From assembly GCA_963558435.1 (NCBI GenBank), contig CAUWGM010000010.1, positions 1,432 to 65,431 on the forward strand: DNA of 64,000 bases, in the 5' to 3' direction. Origin of the DNA: an uncultured Collinsella sp. (lineage in GTDB: Bacteria > Actinomycetota > Coriobacteriia > Coriobacteriales > Coriobacteriaceae). The position numbers and the translations under genes are program-made. Below the pieces are notes generated by a model. It made no database searches. It worked only from the letters and a program-made list of their open reading frames with translations, and was not told the DNA's origin. Shown here one piece after another: positions 9,293 to 17,479 of this stretch (position 1 is its first letter; the number at the start of each line of letters is the position of its first letter).

Positions 9293-10289
9293 GGAATTTG
9301 GTTCTGTTGCCATGTGCAAGCGCATATACAAAGAACAAACTTCGGAGCAGGGTGATGTTCCGTTCTTTAAGATCGGAACTTTTGGTGCGGATCCGGATGC
9401 CTTCATCTCTAATGAGCTGTTTGAAGACTTCAAGCGTACCTATCCGTATCCAACCCCGGGTACGTCATTGATATCGGCTGCAGGAAGTATCGGGCGGATT
9501 GTTGAATACCAAGGTGAAAAGGCATATTTTCAAGACTCAAACATTGTATGGCTCGAACATGATCATAGATTGAACGATGCATTTCTCAAGCCTTTATACT
9601 CGCAAATTGAATGGGGCTTAGAGGGAAGCACGATTAAGCGGCTTTACAACAAGGACTTACTGAGCGCAGAAGTCACTATCCCAGACGATAGAGAACAAAA
9701 AGTAATTGGCCAATTCTTTGCCAAACTCGATAACCTCATCACCCTTCATCAGCGTAAGTGCCAATGCCGTAGCTTGTGCGGTTATCTTTCTTGGGAACAG
9801 CGTAAGTTTGCTGATTTTGTCACCGCATCCGGAATCAGGAACTCGGAGAATCTCGAACTACCCAGTTATTCCGTGACCAACGATCGCGGCTTCGTCCCCC
9901 AGGATGAACAGTTCGAAAACGGCGGAACGATGCGCGAGGCCGATAAAACAAGCTATTGGATTGTTGAGCCGAGAAGCTTTGCCTACAACCCAGCCAGAAT
10001 CAACGTTGGTTCAATCGGCTATCAATCTACCAGCGGAAATGTAATTGTTAGCTCCCTCTACGAAGTCTTTCGGACTGACGAAACCTGCGACGATCGCTTT
10101 CTTTGGCATTGGTTTAAGACGCGGCTGTTTGCACAGCAAATCGAAATGTTGCAAGAAGGTGGTGTCAGGCTCTATTTCTTCTTCGATAAATTGTTGAAGA
10201 GCGTGATCAGCATGCCTTCGATAGATGAGCAGAGACTTATCGGCGAGCAATTCGACCGCCTCGACGACCTCATCACCCTTCATCAGTGA
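9270..10289 (+). CDS. hsdS' cassettes C+D: two TRDs in hsdS layout but with no in-frame start (stop at 9198-9200 upstream)
   Basis: WEQRKLGEFGSVAMCKRIYK...FFAKLDNLITLHQRK, linker, then SWEQRKFADF...DDLITLHQ*. TRD D is identical to cassette A. Confidence 0.7.
   Translation, partial: AWEQRKLGEFGSVAMCKRIYKEQTSEQGDVPFFKIGTFGADPDAFISNELFEDFKRTYPYPTPGTSLISAAGSIGRIVEYQGEKAYFQDSNIVWLEHDHRLNDAFLKPLYSQIEWGLEGSTIKRLYNKDLLSAEVTIPDDREQKVIGQFFAKLDNLITLHQRKCQCRSLCGYLSWEQRKFADFVTASGIRNSENLELPSYSVTNDRGFVPQDEQFENGGTMREADKTSYWIVEPRSFAYNPARINVGSIGYQSTSGNVIVSSLYEVFRTDETCDDRFLWHWFKTRLFAQQIEMLQEGGVRLYFFFDKLLKSVISMPSIDEQRLIGEQFDRLDDLITLHQ
9734..9758. repeat. 25-bp inverted repeat with 11081-11105 (central LITLHQRK region of the expressed hsdS)
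   Basis: CCTCATCACCCTTCATCAGCGTAAG versus CTTACGCTGATGAAGGGTGATGAGG. Confidence 0.8.
9789..10286. repeat. 498-bp direct repeat, copy 2 (TRD of cassette D)
   Basis: See 7254-7751. Confidence 0.85.
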
Positions 10290-10405
10290 TAGCGATAAGA
10301 AGGCAGAAGTGTCTTACAACTCGATCGCAAATTGAAAAAACCGCCGATTCGACTAATGCGAATTGGCGGTTTCGTGATCCCGGAGTGAAATCTGTGTTGA
10401 AAAAA

Positions 10406-11647
10406 CTAAACGAACATCTTATCCAAAAGCGATTTCTTCGTATTCTTCAGTAGATTCAGCTCACGCTGATGAAGGGTGATAAGGCTGTCGAGGCGGGCGA
10501 AGTATTGACCAATTTGCCTCTGCTCTACCGCAGACGGAACAGCAACGCTCAGCTCCATCACCTTGTTCTTGGATATGTTGAATCTAGAGATTCCCTGAGC
10601 CAGCAGGGTGAGATCGGAACGAATCGAACTTGACCTGAGCATGTAGGCTAGGTAATGCGGGTCAAACGTTGAATCTTGTCTGTATCCAAAACAGAAGCTG
10701 TTGAGGTAAACATCATCCTGGTCAGAGAGCCAAACGGAGGACATACCAACTTCATCCGGCGTTTCAGAAGACACAGTGAAGAACGCGTCACCGTACGCAA
10801 CTTTATTTTGGCTCGAATCTATTTCGACTGCCTCGAGCCGCTCTGTGTCCGTCAGGGGATTGTCAAAGACATTGGTATACGGAACGAACCTGGCGTTGCC
10901 ATGACCGAAATCCTCCTTGGTTTTACCGCTCAGACCACTATAGGTTGTCCCGCAGTTACCCAACTTACGCTGTTCCCAAGGGTCAGTAAAACCCTCGAAG
11001 CGGATTTCGGGCTCGGTCTCGCCGGGTTTCGGAAACATTTTGTCGAGCATCGATTTCTTCACCGTGCACAGCTTGTCGTACTTACGCTGATGAAGGGTGA
11101 TGAGGGAGTCGAGACCGAGAACGACCGTAGATATGCGCTTCTGCTCGCTTTCCGACGGGTAAGAGATCTCAACTTCGGCGATGTCGTTGCCATGGACGTG
11201 TACGACTGATTTTCCTTGTGCTCGCTTTGCTAAATCGTCATGAGCTTTGCTGTACGTTATAGAAAGCGCGGTGTAGTCTGGATCAAGCTTGCTTACTGGA
11301 GTGACGACGTTCAAATCGCTGCCAAAAATGATTCCTGACCTGCGCACGGATGACGCAACGGCAATATCTTCCGCCGTTTCCCCGGATGCGGGAACGATTA
11401 CTTCGTTACCCTTTGAAAGAAGTGAGCCCTCTTGCTCAACGGCAAAAGTGTCCACCTCCTCAATACGTGATTCATATTGGGTATACAGGCGTCCATACAA
11501 GATAAGTGGGGTGCCAACATCCATAATGTCGGCTTTGCTGTAGCCATGCCCCTTAGAAATAGTGCAGAGTTCCCCCAACTTACGCTGTTCCCAAGGGTCA
11601 GTAAAACCCTCGAAGCGGATTTCGGGCGCATTGGTCTTTTCCGCCAT
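10406..11647 (-). CDS. hsdS: Type I R-M specificity subunit, expressed copy with two TRDs
   Basis: MAEKTNAPEIRFEGFTDPWEQRKLGE...LDSLITLHQRK...PEIRFEGFTDPWEQRKLG...LDSLITLHQRE. The ATG at 11647 lies 1 nt after the hsdM stop. A 54-bp internal direct repeat occurs at 10959-11012 and 11574-11627. Confidence 0.9.
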   Translation of the reverse strand: MAEKTNAPEIRFEGFTDPWEQRKLGELCTISKGHGYSKADIMDVGTPLILYGRLYTQYESRIEEVDTFAVEQEGSLLSKGNEVIVPASGETAEDIAVASSVRRSGIIFGSDLNVVTPVSKLDPDYTALSITYSKAHDDLAKRAQGKSVVHVHGNDIAEVEISYPSESEQKRISTVVLGLDSLITLHQRKYDKLCTVKKSMLDKMFPKPGETEPEIRFEGFTDPWEQRKLGNCGTTYSGLSGKTKEDFGHGNARFVPYTNVFDNPLTDTERLEAVEIDSSQNKVAYGDAFFTVSSETPDEVGMSSVWLSDQDDVYLNSFCFGYRQDSTFDPHYLAYMLRSSSIRSDLTLLAQGISRFNISKNKVMELSVAVPSAVEQRQIGQYFARLDSLITLHQRELNLLKNTKKSLLDKMFV

Positions 11648-11648
11648 G

Positions 11649-14408
11649 CTATTCGCCCCCCAACAGTTTTCGCAGCTCAGCAATGCCCGCCATATCGTGC
11701 TCGTTGCCCGTGAGCTGGCCCAGCATCGCCGCCAACTCGTTTTCCGCCTCAGCGATCTGGTTGCATACGTCTGAATATGTTGTCGCGTACTTTGCGTTCA
11801 GTGCGACGACCTTTGCGATGAAATCGCTTACGACAGCATTGGGCAGCTCGAGCAAATCAGTTTGCAGCGGCTCAATCCACTTCGCAGCAAGCAATTCGTC
11901 GCACTGGGCGTCGGTCAGGCTCTCGACAACCTCCTTGGTCTTCTCCTCAAGGGCAAGCTTCGCTTCCTTACTCGCTTTCTTGAGCGACTTCTCCTCGTCG
12001 AGGAGCTCCTTCGCTTGCGCAAGGACGTATTCAAAGCTATCAGCAGGAAAGCCTACTGCCAGCTTTAACTTTCCTATATAGGATGCAACCTTTGCTTTGC
12101 CGTACGTTCCGTCTTTGTTTGACTCCATTTCCTGCCAGGAAACCTCAGAGTGTTTTTCAATGAAGCCTAGCTTTTCTTGTTTCTTCGCTTTTCGGTCAAG
12201 AAGCTTCAGATATTCTTCCAGGACACGAATCTCTGGAGAGGAGATATACTTCATTTCGCTGTTAAGATGGGCATTGATCTCTTTGAGGACGAATGCGTCA
12301 TTCGAGTCGTTAATCGCTGGAGAGTCGAGTTGCTCAACGTCCAGGGAATCGATCAATTCAGAACAAGACAAGGATATGGCGGACAGCCTCTCCTGCATCG
12401 AGTTTATTTTGGCAACATCGGCTGTGAGCATGTGGCTTTGTACTAGCTCGAACGGGAGTATATGACCAATCCAGCCGTCCTGAACTTCAGTTTCCTTTCC
12501 GTCTTTCTTTTTTATCACCATATTCGGATCGACTTTGCGTACGGCCTCGCTACCCTCGGTCTGGATAACCTCGAGGTCGCCGGAGATGCCCGTCCATGCA
12601 TCGTCGAGAGCCTGGTAGGCATTGTACCCGTCGACGAGCGCGACATCGGAGAGGGCGTCGCGGAGCAGCTCCGCGATATGGTCCTCCTCGGCCACGGCGT
12701 CGACTTGTAACGAGCCGTCTACCAGTCTTTTCCGCAGCTCTGCAGGCAAGTGCGACAGTATATCCCGATAGCCGCCCAGAAATGAAACGACGTCGGCGTT
12801 GGCCTTCACCGTTGCTGCCACGTCATCTGTCATGGAAGCAAGGCATGATCCGCTACCCTCACCGTACAGCTGGCCCTTCAGGCTCGGCCACACCCTCCAG
12901 TAGCGGTCGAGAGCGTCGACCTCGACCTTCGGCACGCCGCCGAACATGGTGGCGTACACGTCCCAGCTCTCAGCAGCTTCGGACGAATCAACATAACGCG
13001 GAATGTTGAGGTTGTAATCGTTGGCGCGAATCTCGTCGATGGTCACCAGACGGCTGAACTTGTCGACGGTTGCGTTCGTTGTCACGGCGTCGACGATACG
13101 CTTGATGTCGCTTGCACGCAGCTTGTTGTTCTTACCCTCTTTCACGAAGTGCTTGGAGGCGTCCACCACCAAAACGTCGCTCGTCTCGCGCTGCTTTCGC
13201 AGCACCATGACGATGGTGGGGATACCCGTGCCGAAGAAGATGTTGGCAGGAAGGCCGATGATGGCCTGGATGTGGCGGTTCTCCACCAAGTTTTTTCTGA
13301 TGGTGCCCTCTTCGCCGCCACGGAACAGCACGCCGTGCGGCAGGACGATGCACATGATGCCGTCGGGACGCAGGTGGTACAGATCGTGCAGCAAAAAGGC
13401 GTAGTCCGCCTTGGACTTGGGCGCCACGCCGAACTTGAAGCGCGGGTCGAGCTCTTTGTCTTCCGGATCCCAGTTCTGAGAATACGGCGGGTTCGACACC
13501 ACGGCATCGACGAATAGCGGGTCGTAGGTCTCGTCCTTGTTCTCCACCGTATCGAACCACGGCCAGTCGTCCTCGAGCGTGTCGCCGTTTCTGGCCACGA
13601 TGTTGTCGGGAAGGATGCCGCGCATCACCAGGTTCATGCGCGTGAGGTTGTAGGTGTTTTCCTTGAGCTCCTGAGCGTAGTACTTGATGGAGTCCGGGTC
13701 GCCGTTGCGGCGCGCCACCGCCTTGCCGATGTTGATGAGCAGCGATCCCGAGCCGCTCGTGGGGTCGTAGATGGTGATGTTTTCGCGTCCGGCCAGGTGC
13801 CACGAGACGATCTCGCTCATAAGCATGGACACCTCGTGCGGCGTGTAGAACTCGCCGGCCTTCTTGCCGGCGTTGGCGGCGAAGTTGCTGATGAGATACT
13901 CGTAGATGAAGCCGAGCACATCGTAGTCCTGGCGACCGTCCATCGGGATGTCCTTGATGAGGTAGATGAGGTCGCGAGCGGCCTTGGACTGGCTGCGCGC
14001 ATCGGTGCCCAACTTGGAGAGGCCAGTCTGCAGCGTATCGAAGATGCCGTCGAAGACGCGCTTGCGTGCAGGATCGATATTGCGGCTGAAGGCGGAAAGC
14101 GCGTCGCGAACGTTCGATATCTCGAAGTCGCCGCCCTTGGCGACCCAGGTGGAGAAGAGGTTCTCGTAGGCGATGAAGTAGCCGCACTCGCCCTTGACGA
14201 ACTCGACCGTCTCCTCGTCGTCTTCCACCAGGCTGGGCAGGTCCTCCTCGGCGAAGTCGCGCGCCTTCAGGCGGGCAACCTCGGTCTCGGACAGGAACTT
14301 GTAGAAAATAAATCCCAGAATGTAGTCCTTGTACTCGTTAGCCTCGATCTTGGATCGCATCTTGTTGGCGGACTCCCATATCTTGGAGGCCAGCTGCTGC
14401 TTGTTCAT
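11649..14408 (-). CDS. hsdM: Type I R-M N6-adenine methyltransferase subunit with a ~400-aa C-terminal extension
   Basis: HsdM_N-like start MNKQQLASKIWESANKMRSKIEANEYKDYILGFIFYKFLSE, SAM motif IYDPTSGSGSLL, catalytic VVSNPPYSQNW. At 919 aa it is much longer than the ~500-aa HsdM proteins I am familiar with. Confidence 0.9.
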   Translation of the reverse strand: MNKQQLASKIWESANKMRSKIEANEYKDYILGFIFYKFLSETEVARLKARDFAEEDLPSLVEDDEETVEFVKGECGYFIAYENLFSTWVAKGGDFEISNVRDALSAFSRNIDPARKRVFDGIFDTLQTGLSKLGTDARSQSKAARDLIYLIKDIPMDGRQDYDVLGFIYEYLISNFAANAGKKAGEFYTPHEVSMLMSEIVSWHLAGRENITIYDPTSGSGSLLINIGKAVARRNGDPDSIKYYAQELKENTYNLTRMNLVMRGILPDNIVARNGDTLEDDWPWFDTVENKDETYDPLFVDAVVSNPPYSQNWDPEDKELDPRFKFGVAPKSKADYAFLLHDLYHLRPDGIMCIVLPHGVLFRGGEEGTIRKNLVENRHIQAIIGLPANIFFGTGIPTIVMVLRKQRETSDVLVVDASKHFVKEGKNNKLRASDIKRIVDAVTTNATVDKFSRLVTIDEIRANDYNLNIPRYVDSSEAAESWDVYATMFGGVPKVEVDALDRYWRVWPSLKGQLYGEGSGSCLASMTDDVAATVKANADVVSFLGGYRDILSHLPAELRKRLVDGSLQVDAVAEEDHIAELLRDALSDVALVDGYNAYQALDDAWTGISGDLEVIQTEGSEAVRKVDPNMVIKKKDGKETEVQDGWIGHILPFELVQSHMLTADVAKINSMQERLSAISLSCSELIDSLDVEQLDSPAINDSNDAFVLKEINAHLNSEMKYISSPEIRVLEEYLKLLDRKAKKQEKLGFIEKHSEVSWQEMESNKDGTYGKAKVASYIGKLKLAVGFPADSFEYVLAQAKELLDEEKSLKKASKEAKLALEEKTKEVVESLTDAQCDELLAAKWIEPLQTDLLELPNAVVSDFIAKVVALNAKYATTYSDVCNQIAEAENELAAMLGQLTGNEHDMAGIAELRKLLGGE

Positions 14409-15242
14409 CTAGTTTTCCTCGCTTCTATAGACTTGGTTGAGCGTCTTTCCGTCATCGCTTGTCCATTCGATCCAGCCGTTCTGGCTGCCACCGAGCACGA
14501 ACACCGCTGCGGCGCTGGGCGTCGGAAACTCGAGGTCCTCGGCGAGCTCTGCAATGCCGCCCGAATCGCCGAAGACCTCCCTGCGCGCGGCCGCGACGCC
14601 CGCGTTCTTCAACACGGGCCTCGAAAGGTTCACTTTCGAGCCAGCGAGCACGATGAAGTGCCCGGTGGCCTTGTCGTAGCGCCCCGTCCCGCGTATGCCG
14701 TTCTTCTTCGTATGGAAGACAGCCGGCGCGCCCGCAGGACCCTGGTCGACCCTGTCAAGGTCGTACCCCAGGGCCGCCATCCTGAAGAGGATCCTCTCGT
14801 GCAGACGCTCGACGGCCTCTTCCTTATACGGGTCGACGTAAGGCTTGGGCGTCGCCGAGTTGTCGGTCTCATACGAGCCGTGGGTGCGTACATAGTCAAT
14901 GGCCTTCGCCTCGAGGACGTCCAGTGCGTCCTTGCTAATGTTCTGGTCGTCGTCGAGGAACATGATGGCCTTGTTCCAGAACTCCTTCTTTGCCTTATGC
15001 GCGTCGAGCCGGGCGATGCCCTGAGTCGTCTGCCCTGCGTAGACGCGGCTCACGTTGCCGTGGTCTTCGTCGAGCAGGTAGTAGATGCCACGCTGCGGGA
15101 TGTTCGGCAGAGACTTCGCCTCGGCGAGGTCCTCCCTCGGAACGACGACGGTCACGAGTGACTCACCGTCGATGCGACAGATGCGGATACGGTCCGGCTG
15201 CGCGTCTATTAGCTGGACGGTAAGGGTCTTGACCCGGATCAT
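14409..15242 (-). CDS. GIY-YIG nuclease-like N-terminus plus DUF4357-like C-terminus
   Basis: RGIYYLLDEDHGNVSRVYAGQT (GIY...YxGQ pattern). The C-terminal half (FPTPSAAAVFVLGGSQNGWIEWTSDDGKTL) resembles DUF4357. Its stop abuts the hsdM ATG with a 0-nt gap. Confidence 0.65.
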   Translation of the reverse strand: MIRVKTLTVQLIDAQPDRIRICRIDGESLVTVVVPREDLAEAKSLPNIPQRGIYYLLDEDHGNVSRVYAGQTTQGIARLDAHKAKKEFWNKAIMFLDDDQNISKDALDVLEAKAIDYVRTHGSYETDNSATPKPYVDPYKEEAVERLHERILFRMAALGYDLDRVDQGPAGAPAVFHTKKNGIRGTGRYDKATGHFIVLAGSKVNLSRPVLKNAGVAAARREVFGDSGGIAELAEDLEFPTPSAAAVFVLGGSQNGWIEWTSDDGKTLNQVYRSEEN

Positions 15243-15469
15243 GCTCGCGCCCCCTTTTTCGCAAGTTCTTCGATCATGCAGGTACGCACGAAGGCGGAAA
15301 AGCTCATGCCCCGCAGAGCCGCCTCCTCCTTCGCCGCATCGCGCAAAGTATCGGGAATACGCAGAGTCACAGAGACCTGGTCGCCGTTCACCAGGAAGCT
15401 CCTGATCTCGGTTTCATCGGGATTGCTCTTGATGAGTTCCTTGTAACTGCCAGGCATCTGTGCCCCCAT
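15239..15469 (-). CDS. Ribbon-helix-helix (CopG-like) protein
   Basis: VSVTLRIPDTLRDAAKEEAALRGMSFSAFVRTCMIEEL is a strand-helix-helix pattern. ATGA overlap with the GIY-YIG gene. Confidence 0.6.
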   Translation of the reverse strand: MGAQMPGSYKELIKSNPDETEIRSFLVNGDQVSVTLRIPDTLRDAAKEEAALRGMSFSAFVRTCMIEELAKKGARA

Positions 15470-15684
15470 CGCTCGAAATGCAATACAAATGCGTTTACAG
15501 CATTATAACGCGGCAGCACGGGGCGGTGCCAGGAACGGAAGGACATCAGCCGTCCAGGTTCAACCGTCATGATCGCCCGGAAACAAAGCAACAACCCGTG
15601 TCGGCGGCAAAGTTGAAAGGAGCACCAAGCTGGGCCGACCAAATCCTCGCCACGTCTGAAGTATCTTCGCCAATACCCGGATAT

Positions 15685-15713
15685 CTTCGCCAAATCGACT
15701 CTATTTGGCGAAG
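15685..15713. promoter_or_regulatory. 11-bp perfect inverted repeat (CTTCGCCAAAT-N7-ATTTGGCGAAG) upstream of the Fic gene
   Basis: Arms at 15685-15695 and 15703-15713. A further direct copy, ATCTTCGCCAA, lies at 15663-15673. The element ends 26 nt before the Fic ATG. Confidence 0.3.
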
Positions 15714-15738
15714 TTAATCCAGAGATGGCGAGGATACT

Positions 15739-16500
15739 ATGTCCCAATTCGACTACAGCCGAGTGCTCAGCGGCCTCATGACCCCCGAGGGCGTCTCCGC
15801 TCTTGGGAACATCCGCGAACGCAAGGGCAAACCATCTCTGCTCTCCAGCACTCACCCCGACCACTTCGCCGGTTTGGTGGAAGTCGCCAAGATCCAGAGC
15901 ACGGGCGCATCGAACAGAATCGAGAACATCTCGACCTCAGACAAGCGCCTGCGCGAACTCATACTCGAAAAGGCCGAGCCAAGAAACCGTGATGAACGCG
16001 AGGTCGCCGGCTATCGCTATGTTCTTGACCTCATTCACGAGAGTCATGATGACATCCAGATCACCCCCGGCGTGATTCTGCAGCCCCATCGCGACCTGTA
16101 CCGCTATTCGGGCGATTCCCTGCTGGTGTCCCTTGTGTTCGTGTTCGACTTTGTGAGTATCCACCCGTTCAACGACGGCAACGGACGCATGAGTAGGCTG
16201 CTCACGCTGCTATTCTTGTATCGATCCAGCTACGACGTGGGAAAGTACGTCTCGATCGAGAAGGAGATCGAACACACAAAAGAGACCCACTACGAAGCCC
16301 TTGCCGCAAGCTCCCAAGGCTGGCGGGAAGGAAAGAACGACTAAGCCCCCTTCGTCACCTACATGCTCGACATCATCGACGCCTGCTACCGGGAACTCGC
16401 CAACAGGCCTTCGCTTGCAGGCACACCTTCAGGCAACGAGGTGAGCCAGCGTACGCTGGCGCGCATCTTCTCGAAGCCGCAGCAGAAAGGCGTAAGATAG
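15739..16500 (+). pseudogene. Fic-family (HPFxxGNGR) gene with an in-frame TAA and a probable internal deletion
   Basis: Motif IHPFNDGNGRMSR. The ORF stops at ...WREGKND-TAA (16342-16344), but the same frame continues as APFVTYMLDIIDACYRELANRP..., typical Fic C-terminal sequence, to TAG at 16498-16500. Confidence 0.7.
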
Positions 16501-16656
16501 CCGGCGTAGCGCGCGACCGACCGCATATCGACGGCGATAAGACGCTTAGGGGTATGCGGACGCCGTCGCCACCTCGAGGTGTACTATGAAAACTGCGACT
16601 AAACCAGCAACGTCCCCTCTCGCCCATGTCGGCCGCCGGCGCAGCAAGGCAAACTC

Positions 16657-17169
16657 ATGAGCAATCCCATGGCAAGCGAACTCTCCCGCCGAGGATTCGT
16701 CGTCCTGGCGGCTTCGGCGTTCGGCGCGTTCTTCATCAAGCCCGCCCTCGCCAACGCCGATGCCCCCAGCAAGGAATATCTCGTCAGCGTCCAAACAACC
16801 GGATACGGCTACGGCTGGTCCGATGAGGCCGAAGAAGACGACGACTACATGGAATTCTTTGAGCCAGATGCCGCCGAGGTACAGCGCGAATCCCTAGCAG
16901 CCGGCGCGATACTCCGCTTCAAGCAGGATCCCGAGCTCCCCGAAGACGCCATCTGGCTCGACGTCGTTTCTCCCGATGGCGAAAAACTTTGCGACATCCC
17001 TTGGTCCGGTGATCCGCATGAAATGGACACCGTCAAACGAATCGTCGACAAGATCAACGACGGTCGCGACATATGGGGCGAGGTCACCGACGTGGAGCAC
17101 AGCACTATCGATGCCGGCGACGGCTACGCCCGCATCCACCGCATCGATTTCGACGTCTTCTTTAGATAA
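16657..17169 (+). CDS. Hypothetical exported protein with a twin-arginine-like signal
   Basis: MSNPMASELSRRGFVVLAASAFGAFFIKPALANA followed by an acidic region. The C-terminal part has a HIRAN-like pattern (AILRFKQDPELPEDAIWLDVVSPDGEKLCDIPW); that assignment is tentative. Confidence 0.5.
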   Translation: MSNPMASELSRRGFVVLAASAFGAFFIKPALANADAPSKEYLVSVQTTGYGYGWSDEAEEDDDYMEFFEPDAAEVQRESLAAGAILRFKQDPELPEDAIWLDVVSPDGEKLCDIPWSGDPHEMDTVKRIVDKINDGRDIWGEVTDVEHSTIDAGDGYARIHRIDFDVFFR

Positions 17170-17479
17170 TCTTCCGCCCAGGCTATCGCAACAACGGAAA
17201 TCCAAACAGGCGAACAATCACACCCATGCCGGGGCCGCATCTAGGGCATTCGACTTATTGCCGAAGGGCCTGTCCTACAAACAAAAACACCCGCCAAAGT
17301 TTGCATCATCTCGGCAAGCACCGAAAGAGAGGCATGGCGGGTCCACTGCTCGATAGCATACCACAACAAGGGCCTTCTCGCCTGTTCGCGCACTTGAACG
17401 TGCGAGAAAATGCTCAACGAGCATCACTTTAAACGACGGCTCTATAATATCGAGGAACTCGTCAAAAGGAGGCGCCGTC

